From: Eledone cirrhosa
Lineage: Eukaryota
Direction of reading: 5' to 3'
DNA: 64,000 nt
Assembly: GCA_964016885.1 (NCBI GenBank)
Contig: OZ024747.1
Coordinates: 49,228,001 to 49,292,000, forward strand
Shown here: in pieces, positions 52,813 to 64,000 of the stretch
Layout: each line of letters starts with the position of its first letter
Numbering within the stretch: position 1 is the stretch's first letter
Translations under genes and position numbers: made by a program
The notes under the pieces: model-generated
Told to the model about the DNA's origin: nothing
What the model saw: the letters and a program-made list of their open reading frames with translations, nothing else
Databases searched by the model: none

Positions 52813-53226
52813 CCTTGTCTGGCTTTCTGGAGAATAGAGGAAAGGTGTTTCCTCAAAAACCAGTATGACTCTAAAAACCGGTTTGTCTGTGTGTTTACAT
52901 ACAGAATAGCTGGACACTCACAGTAAAGTGACCAGTGAAAAACTTGGTACATCTACATATGTATACGTGTGTGTATTCATATGCATACTAGTATTTCAGT
53001 ATACATATGTGGATGTACATTTTTAACTTAATTGTTTAAGCGTCAGTCATACAAAAGTGAGTTACAAACGAAACAAAATTTAATTTCGTTTCGTTATTTG
53101 TTTTTATATATATAGTTAAAAGAATAGAGGTGTAACACACAAGTTATTATATATTGGTAAACAGAAAAGAAAATGCTGACAAATTGTTCACAGTTGAAAA
53201 ATGGTTTAATTAGGAATAAAAGAGTA

Positions 53227-53733
53227 TTAGTGATTGTATGGGTTAGTATTCAGTTGTGGTTTTAAGTTTTTAAGTTTTAGTTCTTGTAGCCGTAAGTAGC
53301 AGATGTTTTTATTGGAGACTATAGTACAGATTCTCTTGGCTAAGTTGTAGGGAATATTAATTTTAACGTGTCTAAGGTGGCAAGAGTTGAAGGGGAGGTA
53401 TTGCTTGGAGTCTGTGGGCTTGTAGTATATGTCTGTTTCTATTTTTTTGTTATGGATCTTAATGAGGATGTCGAGGAAGGGGAGTTGTTGATGGCTGTAT
53501 TCCATCGTGAAGTTAATATTTGTGTTGAGCCCATTTATAAGGGTGTGAAATTCTTTAAGTTTTTCGATGTTTTCGTGCCAAAGGATGAAGCAGTCATCTA
53601 GATATCGCTTCCAGTTCCTTTCAATGTGTAAGTGGAGGGTGTTTCCAAATTTGTTTAGGACTTTAGTGTAGAGGGTGATTTCCAGGTATCCCATGACTAG
53701 GTTGGCATAAGTAGGGGCTGTTTTCGTTCCCAT
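53227..53733 (-). mobile_element. Penelope-like RT fragment (second RT lineage)
   Basis: MGTKTAPTYANLVM, WKRYLDDCF, LPFLDILI, TDIYYKPTD..YLPFNSCH. Confidence 0.9.
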
Positions 53734-53753
53734 AGTTATTAATATTAAAATAT

Positions 53754-54033
53754 AAATATTAATAAAATAGATGTTCTTTTGATCAATTACATTTTATTAT
53801 ACATATTTCGGATGTACAACAGTACGTCCTCATCAGACAAAATATGATACATGACATACCCTGAGATGTTAAATGGTTAAGATTTAATCACTACCTTGAT
53901 TAAATCTTAACCATTTAACATCTCAGGGTATGTCATGTATCATATTTTGTGTGATGAGGACGTACTGTTGTACATCCGAAATATGTATAATAAAATGTAA
54001 TTGATCAAAAGAACATCTATTTTATTAATATTT
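53754..54033. ncRNA. 280-bp palindrome with two family-A hammerheads (53790-53844 minus, intact; 53943-53997 plus, core GTGATGA)
   Basis: 137-bp arms around CTACCT. Confidence 0.85.
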
Positions 54034-54119
54034 TAATATATATATATATATATATACGAAGATAAAAATATATATATAACTCAAATTTATATATTTATAT
54101 ATAATTTATAGTATATAGT

Positions 54120-54147
54120 TGCCACATACATATATATGTGTATGTGT

Positions 54148-54179
<32 letters not shown>

Positions 54180-54210
54180 GCGTGTATATATATATGTGTG
54201 TATATATATA

Positions 54211-54261
<51 letters not shown>

Positions 54262-54566
54262 ATATATATATATATGTGTGTGTGTATATATATATGTGTG
54301 TGTGTATATATAAATGTGTGTGTATATATATATATATAAATGTGTGTATATATATATATATAAATGTGTGTGTGTATATATATATATGTGTGTGTGTATA
54401 TATATGTGTGTGTATATATATATATGTGTGTGTGTATATATATATATATGTGTGTATATATGTATATATAAATGTGTGTATATATATATGTGTGTATATA
54501 TATATATATGTGTGTATATATATATATGTGTGTATATATATATATATGTGTGTATATATATATATA

Positions 54567-54610
<44 letters not shown>
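54120..54610. repeat. Compound (TA)n/(TG)n microsatellite
   Basis: Direct; one of many such tracts. Confidence 0.95.
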
Positions 54611-54612
<2 letters not shown>

Positions 54613-54800
54613 TAAAAGGAATTCCAACTTTGTCTGATTTACTCGTTTTATTTACAATCCTTTAAAATGTATAATGGTATTAGAATGAAATAGTATGGTA
54701 GAATATTAAATGTTAAGTGTTAATTGAACAAGTACTTTCATGCTTTTCGCAAGTTTGCCATTTTCAACTGTCAGTTGAAAATTGCAAACTTGACTGTCAC

Positions 54801-54988
<188 letters not shown>

Positions 54989-55136
54989 AGTATTAAGTTG
55001 TTAAACAATATTCGATGATTATGTCAAAGAATGAGTTTTACAGTAGATTGGAAGCACTCAACGATTATTTAATTTTCAGGAGTTATTAATATTAAAATAT
55101 AAGTATTAATAAAATAGATGTTCTTTTGATCAATTA

Positions 55137-55191
55137 CATTTTATTATACATATTTCGGATGTACAACAGTACGTCCTCATCAGACAAAATA
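55137..55191 (-). ncRNA. Type I hammerhead ribozyme, family A
   Basis: Minus strand: tattttgt-CTGATGA-GGACGTAC tgtt GTACATCC-GAAA-tatgta-TA-ataaaatg. Confidence 0.85.
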
Positions 55192-55321
55192 TGATACATG
55201 ACATACCTTAAGATTTAATCAAGGTAGTGATTACCCGATAGAAAATGTTGCTTATATAATATCTGTGTGAGAGTGCGAAAACGTAATGAATGCATTAGAG
55301 AATGTGAGTAAGAAAAAACGT

Positions 55322-55381
<60 letters not shown>

Positions 55382-55422
55382 TATATATATATATGTGTGT
55401 GTATGTATATATATATATATAG

Positions 55423-56180
55423 CATCATCATCATCATTTTACGTCCGCTTTTCCCTGCTTGCAAGGGTGGGACGGGTCTTATTCAGCACAGCCTCTCTCA
55501 TTTGTCACGGTCCTTCGTCATCTCCATCGTTAGCTTCAGCGATCTGAGCTTTGTTCTCACCACCTCCGCCCATGTTTTTCGTGGTCTACCTCTACCACGT
55601 CTTCCTTCAACTGGCATTTCCTGGCACTTCTTCACCCATCGGTCATCCTCCATGCGCATCACATGACCATACCACCTTAGTCTCCTCTCTCGCACACTAC
55701 ATTCTATCCCTCTCAGACACAGTTTCTCTCTCAACACATTCATGCTGGGTCGTTCACGCACATTTACACTGCACATCCAACGGAGCATGCTTGCCTCATT
55801 TCTCTCCAGACATCGCATATCCTCTACAGTTGCTGCCCATGTCTCACTACCATGCAGCATCGCGCTCCTCACACGCGCATCATATAACCGGCCTTTCGTA
55901 CGCAGGGAGAAACCCTTCTTCGTCAGCAGAGGAAGCAGCTCCCTAAACTTCTTCCAACCCGTCCTTATTCTAGATATTGTGGCCTCGGAACACCCTCCTC
56001 CCATGCTAATCTGATCACCTAGGTACCGGAAGCTAACCACCACTTCTATAGCACCCGCCTGCATGTGAAAAATGTGTCTAGCAATGCGAATTCTACTGTC
56101 TAATTTCCCTGTACATCTACTGCATATGTATTTCTCCCTACCTGTTAGTTTGCCTGCTATCCCACTACATCTCTTGACCC
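55423..56180 (-). mobile_element. RTE LINE 3' fragment, third subfamily
   Basis: ORF 55498-56064 SFRYLGD..RLRWYGHV; very short 3' UTR CCCGTCCCACCCTTGCAAGCAGGGAAAAGCGGACGTAAAATG(ATG)n. Confidence 0.9.
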
Positions 56181-56361
56181 AGTGAGCAATGTATAATGTT
56201 ATCTAAGCAGTTGTAATGTTATTTATATGTATATAGTCCTTTTAAAAATAAAGAAAATATTTTGTAATAAATGGATGCTACCACCCCCTCCCAAAACACA
56301 CACAAATATATATATTATAATATACACACACACACACATATATATATTATAATAATAATAA

Positions 56362-56900
56362 TAATTGTTTCTACGTTTGGCACAAGGCCAGCAATTCACC
56401 AGTACATTACTGGTACTTTATTTTATCGATCCCGTAAGCGTAAGGATGAAAGGCAAAATTAACCTAGGTGGGGTTTGAAGTCAGAAATGGAAGGGCCGGA
56501 ACTCTATGCTTCAAATAATAATAATAATGGTTTCTTATATTGGCCACAAGGGCCGGTATGTAGTGGACAATATAAAGACACGGACAGTGGGGGTTTACAA
56601 TAAGTTCGAGTAAAAGTGCACAATAGCAAAACCAATTTAACAATGAAAATATAAAATAAACTATGTATAAACATAACAAAATAAATTCCCCAATAGGGGG
56701 GGGGGGGACATAGGGGCGACTCGGGTACCCCACCAATTGTGAACCACCCGACGCTTCTAGGGCTCACGGGGAGAGAGCACCCTTCTCCTGCTGTCAATGA
56801 AGTTCTTGTCATTGTTGGCGGCTCGCCTTACCGAAGTGTCATGTGGTATTCCTGGTGGGGGTGCTTGGTTGTTTCATCACCTTAGCCACACCATCACCCG
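56362..56900 (-). mobile_element. SINE family B (56362-56512) abutting a Tx1-like 3' UTR fragment (56513-56900)
   Basis: Both end in ...CCTTGTG(G)CCAA..AGAAAC.ATTATT; the fragment resembles 49790-49980 in layout. Confidence 0.6.
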
Positions 56901-57169
56901 CTGTAATGCAGCGGGCGTGTTGGCTTACCTCAAACATTTCTGTTGACCCTTGTGGTGTGTGACGCATTGACGGACTTGGTGGTGAACTGATGGGTTATTT
57001 TTTCTTTGGGTTTGATCATATATTTTTGTGCATTATATTTATAAGGTTCCTAGCAATAATTAATTGTATTTATCTGTTTATATTCTCATTCTGTAAGAAT
57101 TATATCATTATATTCATAGAAAAGTAATAACGATATTTTGGGGGTGATAATAAAATATTCTTTAAACCG

Positions 57170-57202
<33 letters not shown>

Positions 57203-57209
<7 letters not shown>

Positions 57210-57529
57210 TTCAAAATATTAATAAATATAGACATTCAACGTAATCAAAATATATTTTATTATATATATTTCGGAGGTACTGTACTGTTTTTACAGTACG
57301 TCCTCATCAGATAAAATATATAAATTGATGTATGACATACCTCAACTGTGCTGACTGCCAAGACTGGAATTGAACCATCAGCACAGTTGAGGTATGTCAT
57401 ACAACAATTTATATATTTTATCTGATGAGGACGTACTGAAAAAACAGCACAGTACCTCCGAAATATATATAATAAAATATATTTTGATTACGTTGAATGT
57501 CTATATTTATTAATATTTTGAATTAATAT
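57203..57529. ncRNA. About 325-bp palindrome with two family-A hammerheads (57253-57318 minus; 57414-57479 plus)
   Basis: tattttat-CTGATGA-GGACGTACTG..CAGTACCTCC-GAAA-tatata-TA-ataaaata in both arms; 23-nt spacer. Confidence 0.85.
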
Positions 57530-57641
57530 TAATAACTCCAGAAATTTTTTCAGTTGAGTGCTTCTAATCTATTGTAAAACTATATTCATTGATTAATCAA
57601 TGAACCTTGATAAACTTTTGGGTATATATATATATATATAT

Positions 57642-57835
57642 AACGGAGGAAATGTGGTAAGGAACCAGGTGAACCATAACGCACCAAAGTACTCAATACT
57701 TAATGTAGTAGAGTGGGTAATAGGAACGAGTAGGACCCCAAAGGCTGAGCTCAAGCCGTTTCGACGGCTAATTCTGGACTCAATTAGCCGTCGAAACGGC
57801 TTGAGCTCAGCCGTCGGGGTCCTACTCGTTCCTAT
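57642..57835. mobile_element. Second copy of the short fold-back element (see 21127-21328)
   Basis: Same 5' leader and palindrome, different turn-around loop. Confidence 0.75.
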
Positions 57836-58338
57836 ATATATTTATATATATATATATATAAGATATTACTTTAACAATGATAATAATGACAAAGGTAGAC
57901 CACACTGAATATATATGTGTGTGTGTGTGTGTGTGTACGTATGTATATATGTATGTAAATTATATATTTTAACAGACGACATATCGGAGAGTGCTTCTAA
58001 TCTATTGCAAAACTATATTCATTGATTAATCAATGAACTTTGATAAACCTTTGGGTATATATATATATAAGATATTACTTTAACAATGATAATAATGACA
58101 AAGGTAGACCACACTGAACATATATGTGTGTACGTATGTATATATGTATGTAAATTATATATTTTAACAGACGACATAGCGGAGAGGGGAGGTGCGCGTG
58201 TGAGCACGTTACATGTTACATTATAAACAAAGCTGGAAAGATGTTTTCTATCATTTGGTATGAAAAATAATTCAATATTATTTAAAACCATTCGAAATTC
58301 AATTCATATATTTCTATTTGATTGAATAATCGACTTAC

Positions 58339-58402
58339 CATAGTGTAGTAAGATTGCTGTAATGATAAACACAGTAATTAACTTCCGTTTGCTTGTCGCC
58401 AT
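58339..58402 (-). CDS. Candidate first coding exon of a host gene (signal peptide or anchor MATSKRKLITVFIITAILLHY, phase 1)
   Basis: CAAAATGGCG start context, basic then hydrophobic peptide, canonical G|GTAAGT donor, non-repetitive surroundings. Confidence 0.5.
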
Positions 58403-59287
58403 TTTGGTTTCTGTTTCTTTGATTTTTTTCTCTTTTTCTTTCCTCAATCTAAATAGAAATAGAGTAAGAAGATAAGGTGTGTGGAAGGGTGTTTTCGTCT
58501 GCTTTTTCGCTCAATGGTAAATAGATAGACTATACAGATAAGGTGTGCGGAGGGATATGTTGGATTTTGTCAGCTTTCTCTTATGACAAAATAGTAAGAC
58601 TAAGCTGACAAGGCTTTTGGAAAGATACTGTTGAAGAAATTAAATTAGACGACGTTGACGTTATGCTATATACCGAATCAATATACTATTTAAAGAATTG
58701 TTTTCGATACATCAGACATCATTGCGTTGGGGAGCTGCTTTTAAAATATATTTAGTTTCTTGTTAATGAAAAAAGACAGTGCGCGTGGCCTACTTTTTCT
58801 TTAAATATACATTTGAATTGGGGTGTATATGACTAAGTGGGTGAGGTTAGTGCAGTTGGTGTACATGTTAGTACAAATAATTTGTTGTAACAATATCTCA
58901 GCAAAATGTTATTTCATGGTAGTGGTTCTGTTCTTGTAGCTAATTATGTATATACTGTTAAACATCGATTATCTAAACGAGAAGGATATTTTGTTCGGAT
59001 AACCGATCCGATCCTATGTAAAGGAAATTATACAGAAGATAATTTATGTCATTCAATGGATAAAATGCAAGTGTGGTGCAGGCGGATCAGTTGGCATAGA
59101 CCTTCGATTCTGAGAGGAGGTATCCAATCGCCTGGCTAAGTGGTTAAGTTGTAGGACACAAAATTGTAAGGTTATGAGTTCGATTCCTAGATTGAGCGGT
59201 GCGTTGTGTCCTTGAGCAAGGCACTTTATTGCACATCACTCCTGTCTACTAAACGGGATAAAAAAAATTGTTTTATTTAGTTTAGGC

Positions 59288-59544
59288 CAGTAGCATGCGG
59301 GGGGGGGGGTCCGTTGGCCCCGGGCATCCTTTGGGTGGAGGCCCCATTTGGGGGAAAGAACTTAATAAATTTGATTGATTTATATTAAAATCGAATAAAG
59401 CGTTTATTTCATGTTTCATCTGTGTTTATATAGTCAAAATGTTTTCTTTCTCATATTTCTCAGTATATTAGGCCTTATACTTCAGTCTTTGGGGCATACA
59501 ATCAAGATTTTCCCCGGGCATCACCAGAGCTCTGCACGCCGCTG
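59288..59544. mobile_element. hAT-like MITE, decayed
   Basis: Ends CAGTAGCATGC and GCACGCCGCTG, internal CCCCGGGCATC subterminal repeats, imperfect 8-bp flanks. Confidence 0.5.
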
Positions 59545-60167
59545 GGTCAGACAGGCGATCTTATTCGAGCAGTGAACCATATGAAATATGATTTATTATA
59601 AGACAGGCTGTATTGCTCTCTCCATTTCCTTTATATTATATTTGTTTCCGCTTTCCTTCTGTAAGCAGTGTTGACTTTGCCTTTCATCCTTACGGGGTCG
59701 ATAAAATAAAGTACCAGTAATGCACTGGATAATTTTCTGGCCTTGTGCCTAAAGTAGAAACAATTATTATATCTCTTTTTACGCAACAATGAATAAAATT
59801 GCTTTTTACTAAAATATTTAAGGCAATTTTGACACATACTCACACACAGGGACCCAGTGACACACATGTATATATAGATGCTTTTGTTGATGCATATACA
59901 AACAAATGTACCCAAACACATGCATATATACACACATACACACACCAACATGTTATTTATTTATACACATACCCACACATATCACATACAAATACATATA
60001 TATATATTCACACATACACCATATAGACACATTCACATAGAAACATACATATAATATAAACACACAAACACATACTCATACATACACATATATATATGTA
60101 TAAACTTACATATAATACACACAAACACTCACACACACTCATATAATCCACACGCACATACACATGT

Positions 60168-60480
60168 AGACAGCTTCCGCAGCCGAGCGGAGTAAGACCC
60201 TCAAATACTCTGATCTGTCGGCCAGCTACATTTTTCAGCCTGTGGCTTTCGAGACGTTGGGGGAGTCGGGCCGCTGACTGCGAGGTTCCTCTCTTCACTG
60301 GCGTCTCGCCTAATAGAGGTAACTGGCGAATCTCACGAGGGCGCTTGGCTGCTTCAGCGCATCAGCCTCACCATCACCCAAGGCAACGCTGCCAATGCGC
60401 TGGCTTGCCTCAAAAATCATTAGAGAGTTTGCCCAGTACTCGCGACGTTGCTGTCTTTTGCTCTGGTGTTGGCTCCGTTG
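60168..60480 (+). mobile_element. CRE-clade 3' fragment (family of 6368-6785)
   Basis: AERSKTLKY..FQPVAFETLG..WLLQRISLTITQGNA. Confidence 0.75.
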
Positions 60481-60984
60481 TTCACCCCTTCCTTTACATT
60501 TCCTTTAATATTGTAACATTAAAAGAATATATCTTTCTGAATGAATCACGAGCTATTTATAATGTTATCGAAGCATTTGTAATGTTATTTATGTATATAT
60601 TTAAACATATTTGTTATGTTATTCTACTGTAAATTTATTGATATGCTCTGTTTATATTTTCATTCTGAAAGAATTGCAAACGATTTGTAATGTTATTTAT
60701 GAAATAAATATATATTTAAAAGTACTATTTCCAGCCAGTCTGAACTTTTACAATATTCATTATATGATATTTATTGAACCTAAGCATAATCCCTGATGTA
60801 TTCTGATTGAGAATTATCTGACTTAATACAATACAAAACTACTGTGTAACGAATTGAATGAGTAACCAACACTACAGTAGCAGTTATTGACTTATCAATA
60901 CATTGTCATCAATACATTTATGTTACTTTAGAAACACAATATTATGTTAAGGCATCTTTTTTTTTCCGATACATATTTGGGGTT

Positions 60985-61193
60985 GTACCCCTGGCAGTGG
61001 AGACTTCTGGTGTCCTCGGGCCCAGGGCTACCTCCTTACTCACCACCATAGGCGCTGAGCTGGCCAGCCGCAAGTGTAAGCCCCGCGAGTTGGAGTGGCT
61101 TTTCCAGCGCGTCTCCCTTGCCGTCCTCCGGGGAAACGCCTTCTTCATTCTGTCCACCAGGGCTGTGGGTGGGCCCCATTGCGTACCGTTGTA
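60985..61193 (+). mobile_element. CRE-clade 3' fragment (family of 50470-51395)
   Basis: Near-identical to 51130-51335. Confidence 0.85.
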
Positions 61194-61340
61194 GTTGTAT
61201 ACAGATATTAACTCATCAATCCCATTGTCCTAATAATATATATATATATATGTATTTAAATTTTTTAACTAAACGCATTCAGTTATTTTCTCAATAAATC
61301 ATCAATGAATAAATATTTTATATGTATTGCCAGAAATAAC

Positions 61341-61808
61341 ACCTGGGTATTTAGCACTCTAGGTTAGCTCTATAATATATACCTGGCTATTTAGCACTCT
61401 AAGTTAGCTCTAGGTCAGGTCTACAGTGTGTGTCTAGATATTTAGCACCCTATATTAGGTCTACAATGTGTGTCTGGGTATTTAACACTCTAGGTTAGTT
61501 CTATAATATATACATGGGTATTTAGCACTCTAGGTTAGCTCTACAATATCTCTGGATATTTAGCACTCTAGGTTAGCTCTATAATATATACCGGGGCATT
61601 TAACACTCTAGGTTAGCTCTATAATATATACATGGGTATTTAGAAGCCTATCTTAGCTCTGCAATGTGTGTCTGAGTATTTAGCACTCTAGGTTAGCTCT
61701 ATAATTTATGCCTGGGTATTTAACACCCTAGATTAGCTCTATAATATATACATGGGTATTTAGCACTCTAGGTTAGCTCTATAATATATGCCTGGGTATT
61801 TAACACCC
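61341..61808. repeat. 40-bp minisatellite
   Basis: CCTGGGTATTTAGCACTCTAGGTTAGCTCTATAATATATA about 11 times. Confidence 0.92.
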
Positions 61809-62377
61809 TTGTACGTTCAGTCATTTGATAACAATGAAAACAGGTTAAGCTATGGCCTGATGAGTTTCTAAGCTTCAGAAAGACTTTTATACACACAGCT
61901 CACTTAACATCTTGCATTTCAAACTTCTTTATATCCTCCTCCCCCTCATACGCATCCTTCTCCTCCTCCTCCTCCTCATCATCATCATCATCATCATCAC
62001 CAACACCATCATCATCACGATCATCATCATCACCAACACCATCACTATCATCATCATCACCATCACCATCATAATCCCCACCACCATCATCATAATCACC
62101 ATCACCATCATAATCCCCGCCACCATCATCATCATCATCATCGTTATCATCACTATCATCACCATCACGATCCCTATAATCCTCGACTAATCATCATAAT
62201 CCCCACCACTATCATCATCATCACGATCACTATAATCCCCACCACCATCATCATCATCACCATCACGATCCTCATCATCATCCTCATTATATAAAACATC
62301 TATTCAAGTTACCATTTCCAATTCAATGTCTCAATACAATGTTAGAACATCATTGAAGAATAAAATGAAAGTCTTGG

Positions 62378-62568
62378 CAATAATTGTTTCTATTGGCACA
62401 AGGCCAGAAAATTACCCAGTACATTACTGGTACTTTATTTTATCGACCCCGTAAGGATGAAAGGCAAAGTTAACCTCGGCGGGATTTGAACTCAGAATGG
62501 CAAGGGCCGTAACTCTATGCGTCAAAGCATGGCATCCGAACCTCTACCGATACTGCCAATCCACCGCC
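62378..62568 (-). mobile_element. SINE family B with 14-bp TSD
   Basis: GTCTTGGCAATAAT on both sides. Confidence 0.9.
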
Positions 62569-62695
62569 ATTGTCTTGGCAATAATAATAGTTTATCAAGT
62601 AACAGAAAATTATAATTTAGTTGATATAAACAAGGATTAATTTGTCTGGTTCTCTCCTGAGTTGGAATAATACAATAGACAGAAGAGAGAAGAGA

Positions 62696-64000
62696 GAGAC
62701 TAGAGTCTAGAGACTAGAGACCAGAGACTAGAGACTAGAGACTAGAGACTAGAGTCTAGAGACTAGACACTAGAGACTAGAGACTAGAGACCAGAGACTA
62801 GAGTCTAGAGACTAGAGACTAGAGTCTAGAGACTAGACACCAGAGACTAGAGACTAGAGACCAGAGACTAGAGTCTAGAGACTAGAGACTAGAGTCTAGA
62901 GACTAGACACTAGAGACTAGACACTAGAGACCAGAGACTAGAGTCTAGAGACTAGAGACTAGAGTCTAGAGACTAGACACTAGAGACTAGACACTAGAGA
63001 CCAGAGACTAGAGTCTAGAGACTAGAGACTAGAGTCTAGAGACTAGACACTAGAGACTAGACACTAGAGACCAGAGACTAGAGTCTAGAGACTAGAGACC
63101 AGAGACCAGACACTAGACACCAGAGACTAGAGACTAGAGACCAGAGACCAGAGACTAGACACTAGAGACTAGACACTAGACACCAGAGACTAGACACTAG
63201 CGACTAGAGACTAGAGACCAGAGACTAGACACCAGAGACTAGACACTAGCGACTAGAGACTAGAGACCAGAGACTAGACACTAGAGACTAGACACTAGAC
63301 ACCAGAGACTAGACACTAGCGACTAGAGACTAGAGACCAGAGACTAGACACCAGAGACTAGACACTAGACACCAGAGACTAGACACTAGCGACTAGAGAC
63401 TAGAGACCAGAGACTAGACACCAGAGACTAGACACTAGCGACTAGAGACTAGAGACCAGAGACTAGACACTAGAGACTAGACACTAGACACCAGAGACTA
63501 GACACTAGCGACTAGAGACTAGAGACCAGAGACTAGACACCAGAGACTAGACACTAGACACCAGAGACTAGACACTAGCGACTAGAGACTAGAGACCAGA
63601 GACTAGACACCAGAGACTAGACACTAGAGACTAGACACTAGACACCAGAGACTAGACACTAGACACCAGAGACTAGACACTAGCGACTAGAGACTAGAGA
63701 CCAGAGACTAGACACCAGAGACTAGACACTAGAGACTAGACACTAGACACCAGAGACTAGACACCAGAGACTAGACACTAGCGACTAGAGACTAGAGACC
63801 AGAGACTAGACACCAGAGACTAGACACTAGAGACTAGACACTAGAGACCAGAGACTAGACACTAGAGACTAGACACTAGAGACTAGACACTAGAGACTAG
63901 ACACTAGAGACCAGAGACTAGACACTAGAGACTAGACACTAGACACTAGACACCAGAGACTAGACACTAGAGACTAGAGACCAGAGACTAGACACTAGAG
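62696..64000. repeat. 7-bp satellite (GACTAGA)n with variants and higher-order structure, runs off the window
   Basis: Variants CACTAGA, GACCAGA, GTCTAGA, CACCAGA, CACTAGC. Confidence 0.97.

Larger units (their letters stand above)
52171..53107. mobile_element. Nested inverted/direct repeat of a PLE pseudo-LTR-like unit
   Basis: 52171-52476 is the reverse complement of 52733-53039; 52568-52736 is the reverse complement of 52940-53107. Confidence 0.85.

Noticed and set aside
61850-61895. Hammerhead at CTGATGAGTTTCT...AGAAAGAC
   Set aside because: No GAAA-stem III-UH after the hairpin and no stem I closure.
62696-64000. Telomere
   Set aside because: Not TTAGGG-like and highly variant.

Overview
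AT-rich, almost entirely repetitive eukaryotic DNA. The SINE/LINE/microsatellite mix points to a cephalopod (octopus-like) genome, which is an inference. No complete host gene is visible. The only plausible host-gene signal is a 64-nt minus-strand first coding exon (58339-58402) encoding a signal-peptide-like segment, which would make most of the window intronic. The window contains at least 7 RTE-clade LINE copies with (ATG)n tails, several of which carry a PHD-like Cys/His insert after the RT. It also has a BovB-like RTE with two C2H2 fingers, an R4/Dong-clade RLE element with an inverted 5' part, CRE-clade and Tx1/L1-like fragments, and Penelope-like RT and GIY-YIG fragments. Two tRNA-derived SINE families, a Helitron-like element, MITE-like elements and several minisatellites (16, 68, 39/42, 35, about 50, 40 and 7 bp) are also present. 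The most striking hidden layer is about 17-18 type I hammerhead ribozyme motifs (CUGANGA...GAAA...UH with closing stems) from roughly 9-10 sequence families. Many sit in (TA)n tracts, several lie in fold-back palindromes, and several have very long stem II insertions. All folding and alignment was done by eye.
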